DNA of 64,000 bases. Source: Raillietiella orientalis (taxonomy: Eukaryota). The notes below the pieces were generated by a model, which was not told where the DNA came from, searched no databases, and saw only the letters and a program-made list of their open reading frames with translations. Positions 49,000-63,695 of this stretch are shown piece after piece (within the stretch, counting starts at the first letter, position 1; each line of letters opens with the position of its first letter). The position numbers were made by a program, and so were the translations under genes. Location of the stretch: the NCBI GenBank assembly GCA_036172245.1, contig JAYWIR010000001.1, forward strand, positions 2,418,001 to 2,482,000, read 5' to 3'.

Positions 49000-50230
49000 A
49001 ATGCACTTTCTTTATTAATTATGTAAAACAGGAGAATTTAACAGATCTCAGATGTAACTCGACATTATTCTGAAGCACTAAAACTAACTGATGCTGATAA
49101 TGTCTATTTTTGATACAGAATGTTTTCCTCTTTGTTCAGAGATTACTAAATCCATGTGACAATGAAGTCTCTGTATTAGTCTGTATTGATTTATCACTTT
49201 GGCTATTTATCTAATCAATGATTTATATTTGTAGATTTCTCTGATTGATCATTCCTGTTGCTAAATTCTGAATGCATTGCTTTCGAGTTTCCTGGAAAAC
49301 CATTTCAAGCTATTTTCCCAAATTCAGTGTTCGTCTCAAAATGAAAATTTTAGTAACATTGTGTCTGTATCTTGATGCTACCCGTCTAGTGGAAATCTGT
49401 AATTGTTTTTCGATTACCTTCGTTCTTAATCGTAACAAAACTCTAGGTTTTGGTTCTTTTCTTGTATCTGTCTGTGTTTTTACATCAAACATAGAAAATG
49501 ATTTTGTTTTTTGTTTTTGTTCATTTATTCATTCTGCTTGCTTGACCGCCTTTGTTATATCAGTTGCTTCGGCTCACAAACACTGAGCTGGTTGGTTGAT
49601 TCTTTATCGAATTATTGGAATCAATGCAAATACATCAACTTTGAACGCTTTCTTTTCTTTTAATTCCATCGTTTCCAACTAAATGACGTTCTTTGAAGAG
49701 CACAGTTGTATCTTGGAGCTCATTTAATTAAGAACACATTACTCCTGCATCAAAGGAAATATCCAGTGTTTATCCTGCACTTGTTCTACTTACCTACAAC
49801 TTCGAGTATGGTCTTCTTTCACCCTTTTTTGCATATTTAAGATCCCTATTCTGAATTTGGAATTTCTGCCGTATTGCTGAATCTATGCTCGTCCGTGTAT
49901 CTATTCTTCGTGATCCAGTTTTTTTATGTTCACCCCCGTTTCTGGTCTACCTCTTGATGTGTCTTCGCTCTTGCTATTAGATGTTATGTGCAAACTGCTA
50001 TCGTTAAGATCTCTGGTGGAATATTTATGCCAGTTTCGATCTTTTAAATTCAGTCACCTACCGCTTTCTTGGTTAGCTGTGCTGATTGCCATCTTGCATA
50101 TCCCGATATGATGTATTTTCAAGTATCTTTGCGGTTTATTTCTTAGATTTGGCATTTAATATTTCCATCTCTAATCTCGGTTCTGTCTATCTAGAGCTTA
50201 TCTGGATTCTTTAATTGAAATTCTTTCAAT
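49000..50230 (-). mobile_element. Highly degenerate LINE-like remnant
   Basis: A-rich coding-like minus strand with fragmentary APE/RT-like words; no intact motif. Confidence 0.25.
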
Positions 50231-51454
50231 CACCTATGGAAAAATTTTCACAGCACAGCCCTCTACATTTCAGGGTTGTTTTTATGCAGTAGAATCCATC
50301 CTTGAACCTGTGCTACTTTTGATTTTGCTGGTTCCAATTTCAAACAACATTCAATCGTACTGATCCCTAATTTGTTTGCAGTGTGCGTCAGACTCTCATC
50401 TAATGAGGTACTTTGGATACCTCTATCTGAAACACATCTTTCTTTTCGATATTGGAAACTTTCGTCAAAAGGGCTTACAGTAGCTGACAGCATTCTTCAG
50501 AATAGAGGTGTCTCTTGCGAACGAACGTTTCAAAAAGAACAAATCATTGAGTTAATTAATTTTCGTGATGAAAAATGCACTTCGCGTTTGCTGCATTCCT
50601 GACGATTCTTACCCCATACAAACCTAAACAAAACAAGTTCACTAGGCTGAAGACATGAAGCTTTAGATCACAAAGAGGGTCTTCGCGGGTTGTAGGAGGT
50701 CCCTTTTGAGAGCAAATTGTTTCCCCTCCATCTGAGGTGTCTGAGCAGCAGAGTTGACATGCGCGGGAGTATGGGTAGATATGGAATGGAATGATCAACA
50801 AGATTACAGGAATAATCACTAGGGCCATAGGGAGGAAGAAAGGCAAATGAGGGAGGCTGCTACCGACGGTGTCTGACGCGTTTGGGCATTGCCAAAGGCC
50901 ATCATATACATTCAAATCGCCCAGTTAAGTAAAGCAAGTAGCCTCTTTGGTTCGAATACTTCAGTGGGTTCATACTCGAGCAATATAATTAGTTGGCGGT
51001 TCACTTTGTTCGCGAACGATTGAGCTGTTACAACTGCTAGTTGTGTCCGTCCGACACACTTTGACTGGTCATTTCGTTGACTCCTTCTCCTGTCCAATTC
51101 GCTGGTTCAGTTCGGTCCTTCGGCAGCTCCCCGTCCGGTCAGTTCCAATTTTAGTCCATGTACTGCCGAAGAGCTCGGTCGGTTCGTTCGTCCTGTGAGC
51201 TTCTGGCTCCGGGACTTTACAGGGGGATATATTTTGAGGATTTTTTCTAGGTGTTTAAGATGCATGTTTAGCGTTTTTAATATTCAAGAGCTGAGCCATA
51301 CTTAACAGAATGGAATTGATAGCATGTTTTTAATCACTTTTCACATCTGTTAGCAGCATTCGGCTGCAATCTGAGAATTTCCTCTTGAATTTTATCAGTG
51401 AAATTGTTTGCTAGACGAAAAAAGAGGAAATATTTTTAATTTTTCACACAAAAT

Positions 51455-52150
51455 TTGTACGTAGCAAAATTATTTTTTGGGTACCATTTCTTGATCGATG
51501 ACACAAAAAAGGCTAAGTGTCGGTACTGCAGGAACACAATCAATGTAGCTGAAGACAGCGTTGAAAATTTGTCAAGGCACTTGAAAACTGGGCACCCAGC
51601 AGTTTTCCTGAACACAATAATTGTATGCCACCCGGAAAAATGGCTTGTTCATCCAATCCAAGAACGCAGGTTTCTTCTTTTTCTCCAGATGGTTTAGGAC
51701 CTTCTACTATCATCTGATCACCGGACAAAGGAGTCTCAAGAATATTGGGTCTGAAGAATATTTCCTATCTGAGCCTTTTCCCTCCATTACACCAATCCCC
51801 TTCAGACAGGGCTTACCAGGTCAATCGTGTTTATCTTTTAAGGACATTCCTTGTGGAGAAAAAACGGACTCATTGATGAACAGTTTGTAAAAATGATTTG
51901 TATGGAATTTCTATCCATTTTCCGTGGTGGAACATGTTGAAGTTAAAAACTTTGTCCGTTTGCTGAATCCTGGATATCATCTGTCATCTCGGAAAACTAT
52001 TTCAAGCTGTCTTATCCCCAGCTGCATAAAGGATCGAAAATGAAAGTGTGACGAAAATTAAATTCTGTTTCTGCTACTTGCTCGACCGAAGATTGGGTGG
52101 ACCTCTGTAAATTTTCTGGAATTCACTCACTGCTAATCTTCATTTGCTAC
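51455..52150 (+). mobile_element. hAT-superfamily transposase pseudogene (BED zinc finger)
   Basis: KAKCRYCRNTI...ENLSRHLKTGHP (BED finger), then PFSVVEHVEVKNFVRLLNPGYHLSSRKTIS, typical of hAT/ZBED transposases. Frameshifted. Confidence 0.85.
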
Positions 52151-54728
52151 TGCTGTTGTACTTGCATTGAATGTATAGTAACAGCAATAGCAAGTGCATC
52201 GGGGTTTCTAGCTTCTTAATTGCGAAACTCTAAGATTCATGTGGGAAACTTTCACGTTGAATCTCCTGTGATCTTTTCTAAGTGAAGTAATTCACTCCCT
52301 GATCTGGATGAAGGTCATCTTCCAGCTCTCATGAAATGCATTTTCTGTATTCGAAAGAGGAAAGTTTTTTTTTCACTGATCATCATAGCAACGGGAAACA
52401 AGGATCACCTCATGAGTTGATAGCACTCTTGGGCAAGTTCAAGTAGCATTTTCCATCTCTAAATGACAGCTGCAGTTCCATCCCCAGCAAAAAGCTACGC
52501 CTCTTGTGCGTCATTTCCACGCGACACGCGCGCATCTTGATGTTTGTTGAGCAGTCAAAGCTGTGGTTGATGCAAACTGTCCAGATGCAAGCGGTCAGTA
52601 CCTCGCTCGCCTAAGGACTAGTACGCAGCTTCTTTCCAAATGTTTGCGAGGTAAGTGATGGAGCAGGAAGACATCAAGCAGCAGCAAAGGGAGAATCAGA
52701 AATTAGAATGGCATCAGAGACTTTATCGGATGCAAACAGAAGCCAGCAGGAAAAGGAGCACTGAAATGGTGGTAAGATACTGACGAATATTTCCTATCGA
52801 TCAAACTTAGTTTGAGGGGCAGTCCAATCTGCTCTGTTTTTTCTTCTCTCCATATCCATATTGTCCTTCTCTGTTATGAAATGAAACCTGAATTACGGGG
52901 AGAACCGTTTCCGCCACAGAATTTGCTACAGGAAATGCGAACGTGTTTTCTAAAGCGTCTCTGATCATCTGGCACATCAGCGACAGAATTCATCCCTTCG
53001 GATCCATTCAAAAGATCTACGTAGTAACGGCATGTCTTTTGCGTGGTCCCGCTGTTTCACAGTCACTCTTCTTTTCCACGTTATTGCAAATGGCTCTTCT
53101 GTTCTCTAAATCAGTGCTACTGGTCCTATAAATTGCAATGAAATGAATAGCATCTCCCAACTTAAGGAGACGTTACATCAAAACACAAAGGGCTCGCGAA
53201 ACGGGAAGAGCGAATTCCCGATTGGATCCCCCGATTTCGATAGGCGGAGGAGCGTCGTGTTGCCAAGAGACCAGTCCGACTTGATTGAAACTGTGAGTTG
53301 CTTAAGCTGTGCAGCAGCTGTATCATTAGCAAAGAAGCAATAGTGGATCGAAATAGAAAAGAACTGAGACTGCCTCCTCTCTATGCCAACAGCTCACCAA
53401 AATTTACAATTCTCCCAAAATGCCACGAGGGAAACAAAACGTGATCTGGAGGAACTTGATACCTGACAAACAGTTCTGCATCCATGGGGAAGGATTCCAC
53501 ACGAAGATCTGATCCACTGCCCCGATATGGAGATGAACGACGTGCAGTCCATCTGATCCACCAAATTCCAAATGATGTACCTTGTCGTAAATGGCTGCGA
53601 GAAGACAGAAATGTGTAACAGTAGGCGGATGTATCTCTTTTCAAATGTTGTCAAGTCTACTGACTCGGAAGTTTATGAAAGAATAAGTTGCTGCTTCTCT
53701 AGAGAAAATGAGGAAAAATTGAAATCAAGAAAAAAAAAAAAAAAAAAACAGCACGTAAACATAAGGAAGCAACTTTAAAATTAATCTCAGTTTATTTTTT
53801 AGTATAAACAAGTGATCAAATTAAAATGATCATTTACCTCAGAAGACTACGACGTTTGTTCAGAATAAGAATAGATAGGAAAAATACGAAAAATATTTTC
53901 CATTAGTCTTCATAACATTTCGTGTGTCAACTTGAATTTTCAAAGTAAAAGTTCCAAAAAAGTCATGGAATGTTTCTGGTCACCACACCTCTTTGACTCC
54001 TTCTTTGAAGTGAAAATCAAGATATTTGCCCTCCAGTTTAGCAAGGGGAATGTTTCTGATCTATAAGAAGAATGTATATTTACTTCTTGTCAGCAATTGA
54101 GTGTGTCTGTTCCTAGCTTCAGAAGTAATTTCGTAGCTGTGGCAATCACTATTATCAATGGCATCTTCATCTTCTTCAATTATTGTGTTAGAGAGTATAA
54201 TACCAAGCTTTCCGTTCTCTTTCCTTATAATCGCCTATATGAGTCTTTTTTTCCCCCTCCTCGTATAGGTTTCTTCAGCCCCGCTTTGATCGTATGACAA
54301 AAGCGTTGTATTAACATGGCAAGTCTCCAGGGTTAACGGGTATTTCTTTTCTTTTTTTCTTTTTTGTTCTTAAGAAATTTCGATTGAAAATCGGTTAGTC
54401 TTCATCTCCTATTCTTATCTGCTTCACTGACTTTGAGATTTTTAGATTGCGCTTTGCTCATCGTCCTCATCGACGATGACAGCTTTTCCCTGTAAGTGGT
54501 TGAGATGGGGGGTCGCCCTGTAAATGAGTCCTACTCCTTGAGACGCATCCTTCTATGGTTGCTCGGGTCTTGAGATTCGGCAAGTAATGGAGTGTTGAAA
54601 AACAACGAGGGTGGAATTGGGCAAAGTCCCAAGAAGGAGGAACACGTTAGAAAGGATGCTTGAACACATAGCATTCCTGAGAAGTGTATTGGGAACATCC
54701 GAAGGACAAACTTTCAAATCACAGTATG

Positions 54729-54769
54729 AATGAAATAGTGAGGATGGTGGGAATCCTCACTATTTCATT
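54729..54769. other. Perfect 17-bp inverted repeat with 7-nt loop
   Basis: AATGAAATAGTGAGGAT-GGTGGGA-ATCCTCACTATTTCATT. Confidence 0.9.
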
Positions 54770-57700
54770 TGTTTCCGTCCCTTTTTTTCAGCACTATCGT
54801 AATTTACAAACTCGTTTCACGTGCCTTTGACTCCGTTATAAATTGACTTTGTTTTATCTGTTTAAGCTTATTTTTGTTTATTTGGTTTTTAGAGATAATT
54901 ATAGTAATAGTCTCCTTATTCTCATTGTGAATCAGTAATCCAAAATTTCAGAATAAAAAAGGAAAAATAGTAGAAAGATTCTCACACCATGCACTCTACA
55001 GTTTATGGATGTTTGCATTCTCTTATGCACTCGTGCACTCTCTTATTTGTTTTGCTTATATTTACCCCCTTATCATTCTTCTGACCCTTTTCTATGTGCT
55101 CGTGAAGACACTTCAAATGAAAACAGTTGTTTAGTTTGGCAGGCTTTTTCGCTTCTTCAGAGAGAACTCGGCGTCTCATAACGTCTTCTCATTCTTCCTT
55201 CTCAGCAGGCGTGTTTCAAGCATTCATTATTCGGGATAATCGTAAAAAAAAATTTATTTGGTCTCTCATATGCCTCACACCATCGATAAAAGTCTGTCTC
55301 GTTGAGGAATTTGTTAATAGATGACATCTCTCATCCGTTGTACTCATCAGAAATGGCGACCAGTGGCCTGCGAAACTTTGTTGAAATTGGTCTTAATTGG
55401 AGTTCTAATCTTTTTGTTTCCTCTCTTCAATTGTCTTGTTCAATGTTTTGTGACTTTACCTGTTGTTTAAGGAAAGGAACTTTTATCTATTTTCCCTTTC
55501 ATCTCGCGCACTCACTCACAACACGAGAACGATGATAGTTGCAAAGGAGAAAATAGAAGGCATCCATAAAACGCAAGAGGAAAAAACTAATTTTGAAATA
55601 GGCTACTTTAAGTGTAAGAAATGAAATGCCAATTCATTGGAATAAAAACTGTGAGGAGAATCGTGGCAGTGCCCAAGGTGTGGACACATGAAAGCAGTTC
55701 CCAGAGGCATCCACTCTTGCTGCGTGAGATGCAGAATTCGTTGCTTCACCACCCATCATATCGTGTCTGAAATAGTCGTGGTATTTGCAGAGGATCTGCC
55801 TTTGGAAAAAAAGGTGGCGACAGAATGTGAGTTCTTTGTGATGCAAAGCAGGTACAGCATTCCATAGCTAAACATTTGCATCTGGATCACCGTGGCATTT
55901 ACTCTTCCATAATTCGGCGCCTGAAATTCTGTTCGCGACGTATGCTGAGACTGCCAACGAAGTTTGCCACTGATGTATGGTATCATTCAGGTTGAAAACT
56001 CATGTGAGGGAGCGTTTTTATGGATCAAAGATCAAAAAAACGAAATAAAATGAGAACCTGCGAATGCAAATGCTATTTGTACGAGGTAAACATTTGGCTA
56101 GGGATGGAACGGAAGTACTTCCAGGGTCAATGGACACGCCTTTCGTTTTCTTCTCTCTTCCTTTTCTTTTTGCTTCGAGCCTCAAAAACCGAGGATCCAG
56201 CCAACAGCAACATCTACTCGATTCATGCGACCCAGTAAATCAGCAAACGCAGTCGCAACAAGCCCTACATAAAACGATCTACATTACATTCGATGATTAA
56301 GTTGGATCTTGGCTTCTCCTGCATGGAAGACGAAATCACCAGCCTAAAATGAAAATGGATTCGCAGAAAGGTGGATTGATCCCGATGGGACGGATGAAGT
56401 TCCGTTCGTCTTCTAACAAGAACTTTGTTCGTCACTGAATTCTAATTGAAAGCTTGTGGTGCTTAGTAGGCACGCACGTGTGTGCAAGGAAGATCTTTAT
56501 GGTCTGAAATTTCCATGCATTCACTTCACTTTGAAACGATGGTTTCCTCAAAACTAAGAAAGCTTTCGTTTGGTGAAATGATGACCACGCCGATCAGATG
56601 GTATGAAGAGATAAGGCGAACGCGCACACCAAACCGTACACTAATAGCCTGCAGGGAACAAATGACTCCTGGCAACAAAACGTGAAAAAACGTTGCTAAG
56701 GACCACTCGAGCAATTCAACAGATTCCCAATATTCTCACAAGACTGCCAATGAGTTCTGTTTGTGCCCAGGCGATGATCTCCAGAAACGAATGCTGTCAA
56801 CTGTACAGCTGCACCACTTGTTTTTGAACCTGGAGTGCAAAATAGTCACAAGTTCAAGCGCACTTTGGATACAAAACCTTCGCATCACACTTATGGTGTT
56901 CCACCGTTTTTCAAGCACTCGAACACCGCTATGATCTGGAAATCACCCGGGAATACTAAGAAAGCATCATCGCCCGCAAAGACTGAAAACACACGATTGA
57001 TGGGGGCATTGCTTTTAGGCAGGGACAAACTAAACTACGAAACTTTGCGTCACCGAAGGCCGAAGATTCTAGGCGTCCGAATCCTTTTACACTTTTATAC
57101 CGACAACCGAGGGAAACACATTGAACATAGTTTGACAGACAAAAAGCTGCAACACCCGTAAGTGTATGCAAACAAGCGCTGCTATTGCCATGTAAACGAA
57201 TTTCACGGTTATCCCATGGAATCACTACGTATTCGTCCACCAGATACGTGTAATTCCGGTGTTGCCAACATTTGGCAACTCACCCTCCTCGAGGCCACAA
57301 CTCTAACAAATGATGTTCATGCCTTTCAGTACTATTGCACTCACAGAGACAAATTAAGCATGGATTACAACTTCCTGAACCAAATGCACAGAAAAACAAT
57401 TAAAAAAACAAATTTCCACCATTACCTATTTTAGAAAACATTAACGGAATAATGAACCTATATCTTTGGAATCATACCAAGAACCAAGAATTTTTCATGG
57501 TAATATGCATACATGTACAATTTTGGCTAGGTTATGCACACGCAGATCTCGGATACAGTTAATTGCTTCCGATCGATTACCACCCACAAAAACCAATCCT
57601 AAAAACGCCTCTAGTTATTTTCTCAAGTGTTCTAGTTTTATTACTAGCTTGATGCATGCTTTCAGGATAATCCTTTGATCAACAGCCTTGACATGGCGCT

Positions 57701-58152
57701 GGAATCGGTGTATAATCACGAACGAGACTGCTTTATACTCAAACATTTGGTTGTTCTCAATCCCCTTACACTGGAGGGGAATCCCGGGTAAGTCCAGCAA
57801 TATGTACGTTATTATTTGCAAATAGATGCGAAATAATATGCAAACGACGTCAAAAAGTACATGATCCCGGGCCACTACCTGAGCAAGCAAGAGTTACTTC
57901 TCGAAGAACTTTAGATGAGCAAAGTATTATTTCCTCCACTTATTCTTCAAACGGCTATGAGCGAAATCCATTTGGAGGGTTTCTAAAATTCCTAAATCGT
58001 GAAATTAACTAAAACAGAAAATAATCAATGCAAATCTTATAAACAGATATAGTTTATCAACTGAAAGAGGTAGTGCTTGGCTACAAATAAGACCAGATAA
58101 ATAGAATTGCTGACAAATACATCATTTTTTGATTCCAAAAATGTTCCGGGTA

Positions 58153-61100
58153 TCATGAATCAGTGCCGGAGATCAATTCTTTAGAATGGCAGCACTCTGG
58201 GCAAACATAATCATCCTCTTCTCTAAGGTCAATCTTTTGTAAACCTAAGCAAATCAGATGGTACCAGGCCTGACAGCCACCATCACACTGCACCCAATCA
58301 ACTTCTCCTACATGAAAATTGAGGGCAACGAAATATTTTTTTCCTTAACCTACCCATGGGCATTAAGCATACATTTGCCGCGCATCTTTCTTCATCTTCA
58401 ATATCCTCTGCATTCTCTTCTTTGCCCGAAGTTGTATTGACAGACTAAAAACAACGTTGTATACTGTTTGAAAATCAAAACGGTTTACCTCCTTCTTTGG
58501 TTTCTTAGTATCTCCCTTTTTATCCACAAAACGTCGAGCTCCTCTTGACATCCATGGGTAATCTATCTTACGCCGACGTTTTTTCAATTTTTCCACATCA
58601 ATGAGAAGAGGTGACTGTTTTTGTTCTTCAAGCTCCAAGCATTGAAGAAATGCCTGCCAGAGATGCTGTCCTTCTTCCATGGTCACCTCTAGCATATCTT
58701 CTTCTAAAATGAGATTTCTAATTTGCTCTTTTTTTTCGGCTTGAGAAGGTAGAAATATATCAGATTCCCTGGGGATATGCTGCGACTTTCGAGATTGCTT
58801 AGTGCGGAAAGGTACTGCTGAGTATGCATGCTCTGTAGTTCCATCGGGGGCAACAGTTCGCCATACATCGTATTCCACCTACAGCAAAAACCTTGGTAAC
58901 CCACAGTGACATGTAGACATTACCTTAAGAGAATGCTCTGCAGGTTCTCTCTTAAGAAAGCCAATAGCTTTCTCTTGCCACGCTTGTGCTCGATGAACTA
59001 ACAATTGTAAAGCTTCTCCCTCAATAATTTTTACTCGCAGTTCTTGAAGTTCCTTGAGGAGAAGAACCAACTGGGCTAGAGGAGGTCTCTGAGATCGCTG
59101 ACATAGAGGGCAGAGATACTTCAACTGATGTAAATGAACAGTATCTCGTGATTGGAATGGAAAAGGTTCAGGGAGGATGGCACAGGTTGCTACCAAGATA
59201 AAATAAGCCTGCCCTAAATTAGTAGAGTCTCACCATGCATACTGCGTTGGCATAGGCGACAAACCAGTACATGGTCAGAATTTGTTTGTGTACACAGGCA
59301 GTCCCCATACGATGGCTCTTCAAAGGCAGCCAATTCAAGAGCAGCCGTTTTGGTATATGCTTCCACCAAAGTAGTGGGTACCACATTGGGTTTCATGTCA
59401 AGTTCAAGAATTTCACAAAGCTGCTGCAGTGATGCTTTTTCCTCCTGCAGCTTCTTGCGTCGTACTTTCTGTGACAAGGGAATAGCTTCCGAAGAAGGAC
59501 GAGGGCACAAAATCTGAATGCACATTGTATCTGAAACCTAGTGCAAACTGCCAACCTCGATCAGGGTATGCCAGCATCCTTTGCCAATGAATAATTGGGT
59601 CACAGTTTCCTTCCAAGCTCTTGCTTTCTCAACAGAAGCTTGTAGTTTAGTTAAACCCTTCGGTTTAATCAATAATGATAACCCCTTTTGCAAAAGAACC
59701 TCCAATTCTTCCAAAAGAGGTTTACTAGAGGCATGCCAGCAAGAGTCCAGTTTATCTTGCCATTCAATCATTTTCTTTGGCGATTCTTCTAACACTTCAA
59801 AATGGCAAAGTTTGACAGGGACAGTTCTGCTTTCATCGAGCAGACTTTCCACCACTTCTAAGGGCACCTGCTCCCTGAATTGTTGGTGAAAATGAGAATT
59901 ATTTAGGTTATTCATACTTAGACTGCAGCAACTTGCTGACTCTATCTTCCCAATTATCTGCCTGAGTAAGTAACATCTGCAGTTGACTTAGTTGAGGTTC
60001 TGTACAAGGTGAAGGAGGTAAAGCTATACCATCAGCCAACAACTGCCTTAAAGATGCCACTCCAATCATGTAAGGCTTTTTGCTAATCTCTGCAAACTGT
60101 TGCAACCAACAAGACTGTTGAACTTTCTGTGCAAATAATAAATTTATCACAATCATCAGCAAACAAATACCTACTAATTTTAGTGATTGATAGGATGGTA
60201 AGTCAACATCCAAAAGACGCCCAGCATTCAACATATCTTGCAGATTTTGTAAAGATGCATTCTCAGCATTCAGTAATTCTTTAGCTTGCTCCTCAAACTT
60301 CAGAGCACTATTTACTAACTGTTGTACTGCTTCTGCTTCTGCTACATGGCAACATAATTGCTCCATTTCTTGTACAAACTGTTGCAATTCATCAAGAGTT
60401 ATCTGTACTTTGCTAGTTTCAGGTACACCCCTAGTGCGCACACGGGCTTGATGTGCTAATAAATGCTGTGCTACAGCAGAGCACTTCTCTGCCTCTTCTA
60501 GAGCCTGCTCTATTTTATGCACTAGTTTCATGTCAGCTACATGCTGCTGTTCTGCTTCCTCCAGCATCTCTCGGAATATGGATTGGTCTGGCTTTTCCTG
60601 ATTTGTGCTTTGGAGCAATGACCATGCACGCTCATCCCAACTGTGGACAGAATCCATACGCTTTTGTAGCTTATCCAACATTAGCGATAATTCATCCAGA
60701 GTGTAACGATATTTAAGTACATGGGTAGATGCTGCACACTTACATAACAACTCTGGATGCCGCAAGCATACAAGCCTGGTAGTGCATGGGCATGTAAGTG
60801 CTGAAAGAAAGCAGGTGGTTTTGCAGAAGTCACACTGTCTTTCATCATCACTCATGATCTCAAAATTCTGCCGCTCAGAAGATGCTACTCCCCACTTAAG
60901 CAGACTCCGACGCAGATGACGTTCATTTTTCATCATTTGCAACATATCATGCAAAGTAGCTCCTGCCACATCAGCTGACAGTGAATCAGCATTCAAAGCA
61001 ATGTTGCACACCAGTTCATCATGAGAAAACACACAGTAGCGATGCAGCATGGAATAGTGTTCTACTGACACTCGACCCATAACTAGCCAATCAGGAGGAG

Positions 61101-63695
61101 CAAAGTTAACAGCTTCGGCAAAGTTGAAGCCCTGATTGAAACCAGCATGATACGAACGTGGAAATGTGACAATGAATTCACCAGCTTTTTGATCAGCTCG
61201 AAAAATAGGAATGCCATGTTCCATGAGCAAGTTAGGGTTCATGATGGTCACAAGTTGATGCAATAAATCTGGCTGTGAATCAAATAGTTCGGGAGCAATA
61301 GCTCTCATTTGCTCTTCGAAGAGTTCTGCCTTGTTTCCTGGCAGTCCGTACCAGGTTTTGGGTTCCCCCCAATGTAGATAGTTGATACTGTAGCTATAGT
61401 GGTCTTCATTGTGCCAGCAGAAAGTAGCAAAACACATGCCAACATACATCCAGGGCACCATCATGCCAGATATGTCAGATGCAATATGAGATAACACAGA
61501 ACCATTGAGAACAGGAAGATTGTTAAGGTTCCAGGGGCAAGATACATATTCTGCATCAGTAGCATTCAAATTCACAGATTTTGTTGTAGGAAAACCAGAA
61601 CCATGGTCCATAGTATGCAAGTCAGCTCCATATTCTACAGTAACGTCTTCATCAATTACTGATAAAATGCGCCAGTATTCAGCCTCAACAGTCCTTAAGG
61701 GCACCAAATCCACAGGGGAATTAAAGTACTCTGACTTGAACATATCTGCCATTTCACCAAATGACTGTAAAGTATACTCTCTTTGTGCTTGCTCAAAGCC
61801 AAAAGCTTCCAGTGGTTTGATGACTTCCCTAGCAACACATTGAGGACAGCGCCATTCCCCTTTAGGCACTTCACTAAGTGGAGGAACCAAACAGAAAGTA
61901 TGATAGCTGTCATCACAGCCATCACAAAGCAACATGGATTCCTCATCATCACCACGATTACATTGAAGGCAGATATATTTGGCGAGCTGAAGTATCAACT
62001 CATCTAATACCATCATCTCAATGTGCTTACAGGATCTTCTTGGTTTGATTTTAATTGCTTCCTGCATTTCCCTCGAACTGTTCCACCATTTTTGATCTCC
62101 CAATGAGCACGTTTGGCAGTGTGATAACCTGCCATCTTAGGTCCTGCTCCATAAAATCTCAAACGCTTCAATTCCTTATTTCCAGGGATAACCTGTTCCA
62201 CCTTGAGAATGACATTTTCATACCTTACATTGCAGGTCTTTCTGATTTTTACCTCTTGAGCATCAAACATTTCAGCTGAGTGGCGTTTGGAACGCCTTTT
62301 GCAATAATCAGAAGGAGGTTTAATGGCTTGTCGACATGGTATGCTATGAGGAACATAATCCTTGCTACAGTCCTTTTCTACTTTCTCCTCTTTTATCTTA
62401 TGAATCCAAAATTCAATTATGCAGATATTATATGTAGACTTACTAATTTTTCAAGATTTTTTCCTTCCTGAAATACATCAAATGGATATAATATCCTCTC
62501 ATAGTGCATCCTAAGGATGTTTCCTATGTGTTTACTTTGGGGATACCCCATGCGAACAGCAACCTTAGCCCATTTCTTTTCTTTGTTAGTTATCAAAAAT
62601 CCTCCTGCAGAACTGGTGCATAGATTCAAACATTCCAAATAATATGAAATACCTTCTTGCTGAATTTGCTGATGTAATGTATATAAATCAATCACTTTTC
62701 TTTCAATAGTTGGAAGTTTCAAAGAAGAGCCTTGCAATTCCCAAAACCGTGCAATCTTGTCCAAAAAATTCAGTTTGATCCTGGTCAATGCCTACAGAAA
62801 AACAAAATTTAACAGTCAAGTAAAGCACAATTTAACCAATGAGCTAGTAACCTCCAGTTCATTTAGCCTCTGTATTCGAGGAGTAAACTTGAAATTGTCA
62901 ACATCCAAAGCAAATGGAGGTCTCCATTTCTGGAAAAAGTTATCAGTAATTGATACACATGAATATGCAACACATATTCTTTACAGTATTTTGCTTTTCA
63001 TTCAAATTGCTTACTATGGTAGTAACACATATGTTTAACTTTATATGCTAAGTTGTTCCCTTTAAAAAGGGAACAACTCAGCATAGAAGACAAATACAAG
63101 TGATCTAAAATTGATAATCGATTATACAATTCTCATGAAGAAACTCAATTTAAAAGCAACACATTTTAGCAACAATAAATTGTGGATATGATTTGTTGAA
63201 CATGCAGAATAAAAAAGAGCACTCTTGACTTTGGCCATTCATGAATTCATACTACTGCAAATAAAAGGTTTTCGGTTCTTATGGAAGCAGGAAACTTAAT
63301 TAATGTACTTTGCATGTACATGTGAAGTTTATTACTTCCTTTAAGAAGTACATAACACTTGATCACTGACTCATGAGTCACAATATTCCCACAACTCAAG
63401 TAAACTTATGTAAGTGATCCTAGGACCACTTTACTGTATCTGTTACTGGTTGCAGGAGGAATCAAATTAAAATTGCTATCTTCGAGTAAACGAGAAATCG
63501 GTACATGCAAGAACTAAAATAAAGGTTTTCCTAAATGCTAAATACCATTGGTGGGATAATTTTGCAAATTCCAGTATTTTCAGCTACGGGTTTAATTTGT
63601 GCGATGAACTGTAATGGATCTTTAAATTCCTCTTCTGTGGGACGGAAAACAGGGCACTCTGGGGGTGACTTGAAACAGAAATCTGCTGCACTCAT
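58153..63695 (-). CDS. KDM5: Lysine-specific histone H3K4 demethylase KDM5/JARID1 (lid/rbr-2 ortholog), multi-exon
   Basis: Exon 1 (63546-63695) is JmjN ([17 protein letters not shown]). Then ARID (IDLYTLH...KKWAKVA...HYERILYP), PHD1 ([15 protein letters not shown]), JmjC with intact WHNEDH and YHAGFN, C5HC2 finger, PLU-1, PHD2 and terminal PHD3 ([16 protein letters not shown]). TGA at 58153-58155. Confidence 0.97.

Noticed and set aside
50941-50965. B-box-like GGTTCGAATACTTC identical to the word at 31398
   Set aside because: No A-box at the right distance and no flanking similarity.
52200-57900. Possible decayed exons or genes
   Set aside because: No consistent frame, splice chain or recognisable motif could be supported.
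59908-62103. 731-aa ORF treated as the complete KDM5 protein
   Set aside because: Its N-terminus is an off-frame exon plus intron and it reads through a 48-nt intron. The gene extends from 58153 to 63695.
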